From: a virus
Virus record (IMG/VR): IMGVR_UViG_3300012148_000003
Length of the DNA stretch: 64,000 nt
Direction: 5' to 3' (one strand)
Shown here: positions 55,948-64,000 of the stretch, in pieces
Numbering within the stretch: the first letter of the stretch is position 1
Layout of the letters: each line of letters starts with the position of its first letter
Translations under genes and position numbers: made by a program
Notes under the pieces: generated by a model
Seen by the model: the letters and a program-made list of their open reading frames with translations, nothing else
Told to the model about the DNA's origin: nothing
Databases searched by the model: none

Positions 55948-56337
55948 CTACATTGCATATTCAAAATCCTCCTCAATAGTCTCACTGCTAACCAATCCCG
56001 CCGAGAAAGCATTAATGATTTGCTTTTTCGTATCATAATCACTTATGTGTCCGATCTTATTTCTTAAACGATTTTTGTCAACCACTCGTATTTGCTCCCC
56101 CAGTACCGTAGAATCTTCTCCCAACCAATTGTAATTTGCTTTTTTCACAAGAACATGCGTTGGGAGATACAGTTTTTTACGGCCATGAGTAAGTCCTACA
56201 ACTATAGTCGTTGGTGAATTAATATTACCCTTATCAATCTGAACAATAATACACGGACGTACTTTACTTTGTTCTGACCCAAGAGCATCATTTAGATCAA
56301 CCCAAAAAACATCAAATGCTCTAATGTCTTTATTCAT
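55948..56337 (-). CDS. mazF: MazF/PemK-family endoribonuclease with no adjacent MazE
   Basis: GSEQSKVRPCIIVQ..GN..SPTTIVVGLT, EQIRVVDK.RL..KIG. Confidence 0.9.
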   Translation of the reverse strand: MNKDIRAFDVFWVDLNDALGSEQSKVRPCIIVQIDKGNINSPTTIVVGLTHGRKKLYLPTHVLVKKANYNWLGEDSTVLGEQIRVVDKNRLRNKIGHISDYDTKKQIINAFSAGLVSSETIEEDFEYAM

Positions 56338-56381
56338 ATAAGTATATCTCCTTTCTTGTGATTTTATATTCTCTTATCATT

Positions 56382-56478
56382 ATTGTAAATCATTTCATTA
56401 TACTTGTCAAGTGTTTTATGTTACAAGTCAAACAATTTACTTTATTTATTTGACTTTCTGCTTCATTTATCTTATTAT
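56382..56478. promoter_or_regulatory. Divergent promoters of the switch
   Basis: Minus strand TTGACA(56405-10)-N17-TACAAT(56382-87); plus strand TTGACT(56450-55)-N17-TATTAT(56473-78). Confidence 0.7.
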
Positions 56479-56511
56479 AAAATAAAAACCATAAATCAGA
56501 GGTGTTTTGTA

Positions 56512-56736
56512 ATGATTCTATATAAAAATAATGAACAGTTAATCGCCGAATTAAAAAAAATATATATTACAGAAAATATTACAGCAACACAAGTTGCGAC
56601 TACCATGGGTATGACTCGCCAGGGTTATCATACATTAACCAAAAAAAAGAATTTCGCTTTTGCAGATATGAAACGTATTTGTGATGTAATAGGTTATGAT
56701 TTAAAAATTGAAATTTCTCCAAAAGAACAAGTATAA
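56512..56736 (+). CDS. XRE-family HTH regulator (repressor candidate)
   Basis: GAGGTG RBS before ATG 56512; TATQVATTMGMTRQGYHTL..DMKRICDVIG. Confidence 0.8.
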   Translation: MILYKNNEQLIAELKKIYITENITATQVATTMGMTRQGYHTLTKKKNFAFADMKRICDVIGYDLKIEISPKEQV

Positions 56737-56763
56737 AAACAAATAATTTACTCTTGTTCTTTT
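56721..56763. terminator. Bidirectional terminator
   Basis: 11-bp stem AAAAGAACAAG/CTTGTTCTTTT. Confidence 0.75.
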
Positions 56764-56857
56764 TTTTACTTTGTTATTATGTAATTATCACCTTCTTTCT
56801 TTTATTTAAGCTGTTTGGTATCAACATTCTAACACACCAAGAGAAAAATGAAACAGC

Positions 56858-56890
56858 CAGTAGACATTTGACCATTTTCAGTAGACATTT
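56858..56890. repeat. 12-bp direct repeat CAGTAGACATTT with 21-bp period
   Basis: Copies at 56858 and 56879. Confidence 0.85.
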
Positions 56891-57594
56891 TAACAATCGG
56901 TACGAATATTCTTATATGACTCTTTATATTTCCGGCTTATCATAATTTCATTACCTTCTACAACTATACTGTTGCTCCGGTACTGCTCAATGTATTTTGA
57001 ATTAACCGACAAACTCTGGTTTATCCGGATGAAAAAAGGATATGCTTGTTTTATTTCTTCACAAACAATATCCAGATTTCCCCTAAAATGCCGAATTTCT
57101 CTTTCTTTTTGTATTATTATTTTTTCTCGTTTAGAATAAATTTGAATTACATGAAGCAAATTTACTCTCTCAACCTTACCGTTGAATTTGTATAAGTAAT
57201 ATATGTCTTCTCTCATAATTTTTACCCGTTTGATTGATTTTTCTAATATGGCAAACACTTCATCTTGCTTGATCAGTTTAGCCAAAAAATCAAACGGATC
57301 TCCGTGTACCAGCTTAGGAAACAAAGTATCACAGGCTGACATATATATTATCAGTGTCCTTAGATTAAATGTTTTGATTTCTGTAGCAATATTAATTTTT
57401 CTATTAACATTAGACGAGTCAATGTTCATAAAAAGTAGATCGTAATTATTTCCTTTTAAGGATAGCTCCTTCAATCTATCCACACTGCTGAAATAAGTTA
57501 CAAAAACTTCCTCATCCCATGAACGACATTGAATTGTTTTTGCTAATATTTTGGCATCTTGTTCATTATGGTCACAAATCGCTATTTTTATCAT
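56890..57594 (-). CDS. Orphan LytTR response regulator with atypical receiver domain
   Basis: MIKIAICDH start at 57594; receiver DLLFMNI has Asn at the phospho-Asp position; C-terminal LytTR FIRINQSLSVN..YI. Confidence 0.82.
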   Translation of the reverse strand: MIKIAICDHNEQDAKILAKTIQCRSWDEEVFVTYFSSVDRLKELSLKGNNYDLLFMNIDSSNVNRKINIATEIKTFNLRTLIIYMSACDTLFPKLVHGDPFDFLAKLIKQDEVFAILEKSIKRVKIMREDIYYLYKFNGKVERVNLLHVIQIYSKREKIIIQKEREIRHFRGNLDIVCEEIKQAYPFFIRINQSLSVNSKYIEQYRSNSIVVEGNEIMISRKYKESYKNIRTDC

Positions 57595-57668
57595 AGTATT
57601 ATTGTAACATGTTTCTAACACTTTTTTACATGTATAATATGGGATGGTTTCCATATTTTCCAGACCAC

Positions 57669-58556
57669 TTATACTTTCAATTTCTGCTGAAACATTTCAC
57701 TTGGTGACTGTCCGTAAGCTTCGCACATGGCGCAAAACGACTTAATGACTTTATCCCATTCGTTCTCTTTAATATGCTGTATGTATGGTTTATTTCCATT
57801 GCCTCTTGCTTTGAGATTAATACTATATTTGTACTGAAGGTTCTTGTACAATTCATTCCATATCTCTGAAAACCGAATTTTAGTAACGGCTGCAAGCTTT
57901 CTGACACCAGCATTTAACTTACTTCTATCTTTCCATTCTAGAATTTCTCCGGCCAGGCCACGATTATCCTGTTCTAATTTCTGAATATGCCGGTTCTTGA
58001 AATCCATCATCTTTGTAGTAGCGATCATTACGGCGGTAGTGTCGCCAGATGCATATGCCATACCAACTTCTAACATTAGTTTCTGTTCCTCATTGATATC
58101 TTTCACCTTGGTTTCTGATGAAGTTTTTTCTTCTATGTTGAGCAGCTGGGTACGGATCTCCTTCGCCACTTCAGAATCACGCAGCAACATACCCACCCGC
58201 AAAACGGCACGCCGAGGAAATACTTTGAGTCCACGGTTTGGAACCTCTAATACTTCTCCATCAGAAAAAGAAAATATTACTTTTCCCTTCATTTTTTCTA
58301 AACCTACACTTTGTTGGTTTAGAAAATCCTTGTAACTACATGTCGTTATTCCGTCATTTAGCAATTCATCTTTATGTCTTATACATATCATTTCTATTAC
58401 TTTTTTATCTACTTCATAGTATTCTGCTACTTGCTTCACAGTCATCAATTCTGTCCCCGGTATCAGCAACAACGCTTTTACTTTTTCCAACACCTCATAT
58501 CTTCCGGCACATTTGTCTCTAAGTTCTCTACTAATTAACAACTCTTCATTTTTCAT
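57669..58556 (-). CDS. Phage antirepressor-like DNA-binding protein
   Basis: MTVKQVAEYYEV, RAVLRVGMLLRDSEVAKEIR, C-terminal helical domain. Confidence 0.75.
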   Translation of the reverse strand: MKNEELLISRELRDKCAGRYEVLEKVKALLLIPGTELMTVKQVAEYYEVDKKVIEMICIRHKDELLNDGITTCSYKDFLNQQSVGLEKMKGKVIFSFSDGEVLEVPNRGLKVFPRRAVLRVGMLLRDSEVAKEIRTQLLNIEEKTSSETKVKDINEEQKLMLEVGMAYASGDTTAVMIATTKMMDFKNRHIQKLEQDNRGLAGEILEWKDRSKLNAGVRKLAAVTKIRFSEIWNELYKNLQYKYSINLKARGNGNKPYIQHIKENEWDKVIKSFCAMCEAYGQSPSEMFQQKLKV

Positions 58557-58597
58557 ATTTTTTTCCTTTCTTTAGTGAACACGTCATGAATTTTTAA

Positions 58598-58630
58598 TAA
58601 AAAAAAGAAATGGATTTATTCTCCATTTCT
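58598..58630 (-). terminator. Intrinsic terminator
   Basis: AGAAATGGA/TCCATTTCT stem followed by a T tract on the minus strand. Confidence 0.75.
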
Positions 58631-58633
58631 AGT

Positions 58634-58954
58634 TCACTCTACATTTTTCTTTTTCTTTCTACTTTTACGGATGCGAAGCGCATTCGCAGAGGCATTATTT
58701 CCCCCGTATACACCTTTACTGTACGGTAGATAGTTATTTACGGATTTCCTTGACCTTCCCGTAATCTCAGATATTTGAGCTGTATCATAACCCGCATCAT
58801 ATAATTTATTTATTTCTCTACTCAATTCGCTTTCCCACTCACCAGCAGTGATTAATATTTTACGAATTTTTGCAGTACTTATTTTCATATCTTTCCCCAT
58901 CTGTTTTAGCGAGTCCCCATCTTGGTAACGACTCACTATCCTATTAATTTCCAA
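58634..58954 (-). CDS. Tandem HTH DNA-binding protein
   Basis: SLKQMGKDMKISTAKIRKIL and TAQISEITGRSRKSVNNYLPY. Confidence 0.7.
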   Translation of the reverse strand: MEINRIVSRYQDGDSLKQMGKDMKISTAKIRKILITAGEWESELSREINKLYDAGYDTAQISEITGRSRKSVNNYLPYSKGVYGGNNASANALRIRKSRKKKKNVE

Positions 58955-58987
58955 AATTATTCACCCTCTTCCTAATTTTGATTACTC

Positions 58988-59260
58988 TTAATCCTGATTA
59001 TTAACAAACCACAGAAACACATCTTCAATTTCAGCAATGGTTCCTTCAATATCATCACATTCACAATTATTTATGAAAGCAAGACCTTCTGTTTGCGGTG
59101 GAGCATCAAGATACTCACTGCCACATGCTATCAAGTTATCTATAGGCACGTTATATGCCTCTATCATGGCCTGAATTTGCTCATACATAGTCGCAGCCTT
59201 TATTTGTACTTTTGCATATCGTCTTATAGCTTCTTTAATTTCATAAGGCATTTTTTTCAT
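58988..59260 (-). CDS. Hypothetical phage protein
   Basis: 90-aa ORF with GGAGG RBS. Confidence 0.65.
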   Translation of the reverse strand: MKKMPYEIKEAIRRYAKVQIKAATMYEQIQAMIEAYNVPIDNLIACGSEYLDAPPQTEGLAFINNCECDDIEGTIAEIEDVFLWFVNNQD

Positions 59261-59313
59261 GCGTTTGTTTCACCTCCTTAGTCAACTGTTAAAAATCAAT
59301 CATTAATTTCTTC

Positions 59314-59595
59314 CTAACTTGTACCCGCCAAACCCAAACCAGTACTGATTAAGGCATATCGAGTCACCTCTGCTGGCAAACCGTCCATGTCCAAATAAGT
59401 CCACCAAATCCCATCAATATCCCATGTTCCACCAATAGATATAGATTCTTTATAATCTCCACTCAAACTCAACGTTGAAATCTTCAAATCAAAGTTATCT
59501 GTCTTACAACAAACAATCGGAACACCAGCTCGTGGAAGAGTCTCCTGAAGCTTATAACTGATATTAGGATTATATTTAATTTTCGTCCAGTTCAT
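59314..59595 (-). CDS. Hypothetical phage protein
   Basis: 93-aa ORF with GGAGG RBS. Confidence 0.65.
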   Translation of the reverse strand: MNWTKIKYNPNISYKLQETLPRAGVPIVCCKTDNFDLKISTLSLSGDYKESISIGGTWDIDGIWWTYLDMDGLPAEVTRYALISTGLGLAGTS

Positions 59596-59624
59596 GTTTC
59601 ACCTCCTTATTTAAAATTCTGTAT

Positions 59625-60104
59625 TCAATCAATAATATCATCAACCGTACACCCTAATGCATTCGCAAGTTTTTTCAAATTCTTAATATTAGGCTTTACA
59701 TCTCCCCTTTCCCACCGTGATATGTCTTTTTGCGTAGCACCTACGGCTTCCGCGAGTTGTTTCTGACTTATATTCATCTGTTTTCTCATTTCGGCTAGTC
59801 TTGATATTTCGGTTCCCTTATAATACCCTTGGAAGAATGCCATCTTTAGTTCTCCTGGCACAACCTCGTTAAATATATCAGACCAATCATCAACATTGAT
59901 CTGTGTTGATAATTCAGCTAAGACTTTTTCAATTGCTGCTGAGCTTTTTCTGTTTTGGTGCAGCCGCTGGATAGCAAGCGTGTAGGTTCTAAATGGCCTC
60001 ATTTCTGGATTTGTAATTTTTTCTGCTTGGGGACAAGCGATAGTAATCATTTTGTAAATCTGTCCCATCGCAAACACCTGTGGTTTTAATTTTTCAATAT
60101 TCAT
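59625..60104 (-). CDS. Protein with C-terminal XRE HTH
   Basis: Start ATG 60104 after GAGGAGGA; ISQKQLAEAVGATQKDISRWERG..KPN. Confidence 0.85.
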   Translation of the reverse strand: MNIEKLKPQVFAMGQIYKMITIACPQAEKITNPEMRPFRTYTLAIQRLHQNRKSSAAIEKVLAELSTQINVDDWSDIFNEVVPGELKMAFFQGYYKGTEISRLAEMRKQMNISQKQLAEAVGATQKDISRWERGDVKPNIKNLKKLANALGCTVDDIID

Positions 60105-60221
60105 TTTAATCCTCCTCGTATAAGTTGGTCTACACACTGATTATATACCATGAGTGGTATAATTACAATATATAGACTATATACCATTATTATTTAAGAT
60201 AACTTACTCTTTTTTTGTTAA

Positions 60222-60342
60222 AAGAAAAAAGACAGGAAAAGTTCCTGTCTCTCTTAACATTATTACTTTTTGTTTTTCAATCCACATTCCCTGTTGGTAG
60301 GGATGACAATATTATTATACGAAAGAATACTGATTCCGTCAA
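60222..60342 (-). ncRNA. Candidate ~85-nt sRNA unit
   Basis: TTGACG-N17-TATAAT (60314-60342); terminator AGACAGGAA/TTCCTGTCT plus T tract (60222-60250). Confidence 0.6.
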
Positions 60343-60493
60343 GTGGCTTTCGTGCTAAAATAAAACCCTAGTGATGAGCCGGAGTTGATTTACCAAATTA
60401 GTTGTTGATATAATGACAGGTCGGCAATCATCTGCCTCATTCTTTTCTTCCTCCATTTCAAACTTTTATCGCGTTTGCCCCTGTTGGTTTTAA

Positions 60494-60859
60494 TCAATAT
60501 GGGCTAACTTTCATCTCTTTGATAGCATTAATTCTTTCGATGAAAAGCGGATGATTCATGATGCGTTCATCAATATCTTTTTTTCTTATAACAGCTGCCT
60601 GATATGCCATGCTTATTGCGTGTTCAAACTCATAATCATTAGCGATATATATGAGAGTGGCTTTTTTACCGATGATCTCGCCAGCGTCCATATCTTCTAC
60701 TATAAGATGCAATGCGCGAACTTTATATTCCGCTACTTTCTTTTGTTGCTCTGTGCTGTTTTCATTTATTTTTGCATTAATTCTCTTTTCTGCCTCGGCG
60801 ATGATGTCCATAGCATATTTGATTTGTTTTTCTGTACCTTTCATCTTTACTTCCTCCAA
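60494..60859 (-). CDS. Hypothetical phage protein (MKGTEKQIKYA.DI)
   Basis: GGAGG RBS; GTEKQI.YA motif. Confidence 0.65.
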   Translation of the reverse strand: MEEVKMKGTEKQIKYAMDIIAEAEKRINAKINENSTEQQKKVAEYKVRALHLIVEDMDAGEIIGKKATLIYIANDYEFEHAISMAYQAAVIRKKDIDERIMNHPLFIERINAIKEMKVSPY

Positions 60860-61109
60860 AGTTACGGTGGGGATATTAATCTCAATCAGATGTCCACGTT
60901 CATCATTGCCACCCCAATAATATACCTACATTTTCAACGCTTCAATATTATCGACTGGAATAAACATACATTCCTTATTTTTATCTGCCTGACGGCAAGC
61001 AACAGCATCACCGTCTGTACCAGTTAAATATTGATTTTCACAACAATCACAGTCATTTCCTTTGTTAAAATATTTCTCATAGTTACTCATATTTACACAG
61101 CCTTTCTAT

Positions 61110-61424
61110 TCATTCAAACTTAAATTCCGGCATTTCGGAAAACTCCCAAACATCTGATTCCTCAAAAAGTTTACCATCCTCATCATATGTATTTTCCTGC
61201 ACGTAATATTCTGTGACGGAATAATAAGTACCAAGTGAGCCGCTTAACTCCAAGATTTTACTTTTATACTTTTTAAGTTCAGTCAGTGCGGCATCCTTGT
61301 CCTCAAACGACATGATTATTTCTGGGAACAAATCGTTACGATCAAATACCACACCCGGCTTAATCTGATCTTTGTTTTTGTATAATACCTCTATTGTTTG
61401 TTTTGTTAAGTCGAATTTTTTCAT
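61110..61424 (-). CDS. Hypothetical phage protein
   Basis: 104-aa ORF with RBS. Confidence 0.65.
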   Translation of the reverse strand: MKKFDLTKQTIEVLYKNKDQIKPGVVFDRNDLFPEIIMSFEDKDAALTELKKYKSKILELSGSLGTYYSVTEYYVQENTYDEDGKLFEESDVWEFSEMPEFKFE

Positions 61425-61455
61425 TGATTTTTTCTCCCTCTCTGATTTTAATAAA

Positions 61456-61887
61456 TTACTTTACTACAAATAGTCCAACGCTGGCGATATGTTTTGCTGT
61501 AAATTCAATGACAACGCCCTCTTTATCGCAAAAAATGTGTATACTATCTAAGTAAAATCTCATTCGCTCATTGTTTCTTGCAAAATAAAAATTAATTCCA
61601 GAGTCATCAACACCAAAATCAGCTATAACATCACACCATTTACATTCTATAATTGTTTGTCCAACCTCGTAACTTTCTTTTATAAATTGGACGTCTCCTT
61701 TACAAATATCATGACCAATAAGGCAATTGATAATTATTACCTTTTCTTCATCTGATGCTCTTGGACAAGAATCAATCAATTCATTCGCGTTTTTTGGAAT
61801 AGGTTCACGGTCATAGTCGTACTTGAAATTTTCAGCAAATTTATTGTACCATTCGTCATCCATTTCTAAAATAAAAAATTCTTTCAT
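61456..61887 (-). CDS. Hypothetical phage protein
   Basis: Start moved to ATG 61887 (MKEFFIL). Confidence 0.6.
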   Translation of the reverse strand: MKEFFILEMDDEWYNKFAENFKYDYDREPIPKNANELIDSCPRASDEEKVIIINCLIGHDICKGDVQFIKESYEVGQTIIECKWCDVIADFGVDDSGINFYFARNNERMRFYLDSIHIFCDKEGVVIEFTAKHIASVGLFVVK

Positions 61888-61891
61888 TATA

Positions 61892-62335
61892 CTATAACCC
61901 CTCTCTTTTTCTTTTTTTATCAATAAAAGATTTAGCATAAGTAGGTTTATTTGGGCAGAAAAGAAACAACTCTTCTAAATACACTCCTGTATCAAGCCTG
62001 TATTTAATTGCGGTCATCATATCCATTTCATATATAGTACTTTTCCAGAAAAATTCTTCTACTGCAGCAATTTCTTCTTCCGTGAGAGGATAATCGTACC
62101 TGGAATATATACTATGAGCTTTGATTTTTGCTGTTTCATATGGTGTTTTCCCCTCACTTCCACCATACTGTTTAAATGTCTTATAATGGATTTCACCATA
62201 TTTTCCATACTTTTCAGTGGCTTGCGCTATTCTATTAGCACATTCGTTTTCATATTCCATTTGTTCTCTGTTCTTGGTAATTGCTTCTTTCCCAAGAACT
62301 GCTCCCAGTCCCAATACCCCGAATAAACCAAACAT
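61892..62335 (-). CDS. Hypothetical protein with N-terminal membrane anchor
   Basis: MFGLFGVLGLGAVLG. Confidence 0.65.
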   Translation of the reverse strand: MFGLFGVLGLGAVLGKEAITKNREQMEYENECANRIAQATEKYGKYGEIHYKTFKQYGGSEGKTPYETAKIKAHSIYSRYDYPLTEEEIAAVEEFFWKSTIYEMDMMTAIKYRLDTGVYLEELFLFCPNKPTYAKSFIDKKRKREGL

Positions 62336-62421
62336 GATCTCACGCTCCTTCTATCAATTAAATAGCTCTTTTATATTATATAGCTTTTTAGTTCTCTCGT
62401 CTATTACGAATGTTAACAATA

Positions 62422-62790
62422 TCAAAACTCTGATACCACCTCTTTTGTATTTACGGCTTTACAATAATTCTCTGCTTCATCTAATGTTTTAAATACCGTC
62501 TTTTCTGACCTGCTTTTGATGTGTTGACTATTGACGCGGTACGTAATTGAAACAGCTGTACCGTTGTATAAAACCTTTATGCTTGAGATTTCCACTTCCC
62601 CCGGAGCAAGAAGCGTGTTGTGTTCATCTTTTCTTTTTCCGGTTCCATTGCAGTTTTTGCAATGTACTTCATATCCATTATGCTCAAATTTACCATCCCC
62701 TTCACATATGGGACACTTATATTGAACTGGTATTCTATACACTGAAAATGCTTTTTCTCCAACTTCAAACTTGTTATTTATAGTGATCAT
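62422..62790 (-). CDS. DnaJ-type Zn-finger phage protein
   Basis: CPICEGDG and CKNCNGTG. Confidence 0.75.
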   Translation of the reverse strand: MITINNKFEVGEKAFSVYRIPVQYKCPICEGDGKFEHNGYEVHCKNCNGTGKRKDEHNTLLAPGEVEISSIKVLYNGTAVSITYRVNSQHIKSRSEKTVFKTLDEAENYCKAVNTKEVVSEF

Positions 62791-62822
62791 ATTTTTTCTC
62801 CCTCTTAGAATCCTGAATTTAT

Positions 62823-63044
62823 TTACAAATATTCAATCATATCTTTCCCCTCAACTGTTCCAAGCAAAGCAGCTTTTAACATATTTTGACTTGCTTTTTC
62901 ACTTGCCCTACACTTATCGAAAATTGATTTATGATAGTCTTCCTCTACTTTCCGCAATCTTTGATTTTCTGCTCTTAATATTCTGTTTTCTCGTACCATG
63001 TCTGCCATTGTTAAAACAATGGTTTCTATATCATAATCAGTCAT
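62823..63044 (-). CDS. Coiled-coil hypothetical protein
   Basis: 73-aa co-oriented ORF. Confidence 0.6.
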   Translation of the reverse strand: MTDYDIETIVLTMADMVRENRILRAENQRLRKVEEDYHKSIFDKCRASEKASQNMLKAALLGTVEGKDMIEYL

Positions 63045-63045
63045 A

Positions 63046-63369
63046 TTATTTTTTCCTTTCCGGTTGGATTAGATTGGCCATTATGTTTTTCATATCTCGT
63101 CCAGCATGTCCATAAGTGGGAAAAACAATCTGAACTATAAAACCTTTATTCTCACCAATAATCATTTTTTCACTCAGCTGCTTGAATGTTCCACCATTAG
63201 ATTCAACCCACTGTTTGACTTTATCTTTGGCTGAATACATATTATCATCTTTACCTTTATAGTAGGTATTTACAAAGTAACAATCTGTATAATAACCATA
63301 GTTGCAAGGTTTTACATATGACAATATTTTTTCTTCTTTTTTTAATAATTTAGTATTATTATTGCTCAT
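63046..63369 (-). CDS. Hypothetical phage protein
   Basis: 107-aa ORF with GGAGG RBS. Confidence 0.65.
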   Translation of the reverse strand: MSNNNTKLLKKEEKILSYVKPCNYGYYTDCYFVNTYYKGKDDNMYSAKDKVKQWVESNGGTFKQLSEKMIIGENKGFIVQIVFPTYGHAGRDMKNIMANLIQPERKK

Positions 63370-63432
63370 ATCTTTTCCTCCTCTAATTACACGGCAGAGG
63401 CTTACGCCTCATGCCTAGTCGTAATCTCCCTA

Positions 63433-63954
63433 CTAATATACCACAGATACAAGAACATCGGATGGCAAAATACAAAACGGACGAACCGCCAAGGAGCACT
63501 CACAGCCGAAATAGTCCATACAGCCATCGGAGTCGACAATCAGAACACCTGAAGACCCATATCCTGATGGAGTGCTGTTTGGAGTACAAGTAACCATATA
63601 ACTAATATCAATATTTTTTCGGTTCATACGATACATATCATGCGTAATTATTCCGAATAAGTCACCCTCACATACACCATAATCATCCAAACCATCATGA
63701 CTTAATAAGTCAAGCCTTGTCGGAATGAGGATATCATCACTAAAAATTTCTAATGCTTGCTTACTTGCATTACAATTATTTGTTATTTTTCTTGCGTCGC
63801 TGGTTAAATAATTGTTTGTATCCCCAAACCGATTAATATTAACGGTAAATGCCTCATCAAGCATAATATAAAATTTGTCATCTTCCTTTATGTGGACACG
63901 CTCAAAGAAAAGTATACCAAAATGGTACACTTCGCTCACCAAGAAATAAGCCAC
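63433..63954 (-). CDS. DUF6273-like protein, probably starting beyond the window
   Basis: DLLSHDGLDDYG...TPNS...AVRPFC. Confidence 0.6.
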   Translation of the reverse strand: MAYFLVSEVYHFGILFFERVHIKEDDKFYIMLDEAFTVNINRFGDTNNYLTSDARKITNNCNASKQALEIFSDDILIPTRLDLLSHDGLDDYGVCEGDLFGIITHDMYRMNRKNIDISYMVTCTPNSTPSGYGSSGVLIVDSDGCMDYFGCECSLAVRPFCILPSDVLVSVVY

Positions 63955-64000
63955 TAAGGTGAATCAGTTTTGTGAGCATGCTCATAGTTTAATATACCGC

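Larger units (their letters stand above)
59..64000 (-). mobile_element. Large SPbeta-like temperate prophage, early/replication arm (continues beyond the window)
   Basis: tRNA-adjacent integrase and excisionase; co-oriented SSB/AAA/DnaB/primase/RecJ/DnaE block in SPbeta-like order; phage nucleotide-metabolism genes; dense small ORFs. Confidence 0.9.

Noticed and set aside
53400-58600. Arbitrium aimR/aimP or a cognate histidine kinase
   Set aside because: No TPR-like receptor, signal-peptide propeptide gene or kinase motifs seen in this window.
602-63593. Most plus-strand ORFs in the track (e.g. 9233..9613, 29470..29880, 60551..61027)
   Set aside because: They overlap well-supported minus-strand genes, lack RBSs and have antisense-like composition.
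63433-63954. Diversity-generating retroelement target
   Set aside because: No reverse transcriptase or template repeat in the window.

Overview
The window is the att-proximal early/replication half of a large temperate prophage in an AT-rich Firmicutes host (Clostridia/Lachnospiraceae-like by gene style; inference). It starts in the 3' part of a host tRNA-Arg(CCG), the likely integration site, followed by a tyrosine integrase and excisionase. Almost all genes lie on the minus strand. In order there is a nucleotide-metabolism block (dut, nrdG, nrdD, glutaredoxin-like, 5'-nucleotidase, gmk, thyX), small accessory genes, and an SPbeta-like replication block (intein-containing RecD2, DnaE, RecJ, primase, DnaB, AAA ATPase, SSB-like). 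A long accessory region then carries three DNA methyltransferases, a CCA-adding enzyme, LemA and an RNA island (tRNA-Ile2, two degenerate tRNAs, a ROOL-like large RNA, further structured RNA). A probable lysis/lysogeny switch follows (two tyrosine-recombinase-fold genes, orphan MazF, divergent XRE repressor, pseudo-receiver LytTR, antirepressor). No virion structural genes are in the window. The most unusual observations are a ~302-nt RNA built on a tRNA scaffold with the anticodon arm replaced by a multi-hairpin insert, a circularly permuted C5 DNA methyltransferase, the RNA island, the MazF-led switch, and hairpin-interrupted ribosome-binding sites. All family calls come from motif recognition by eye; no database searches were run.
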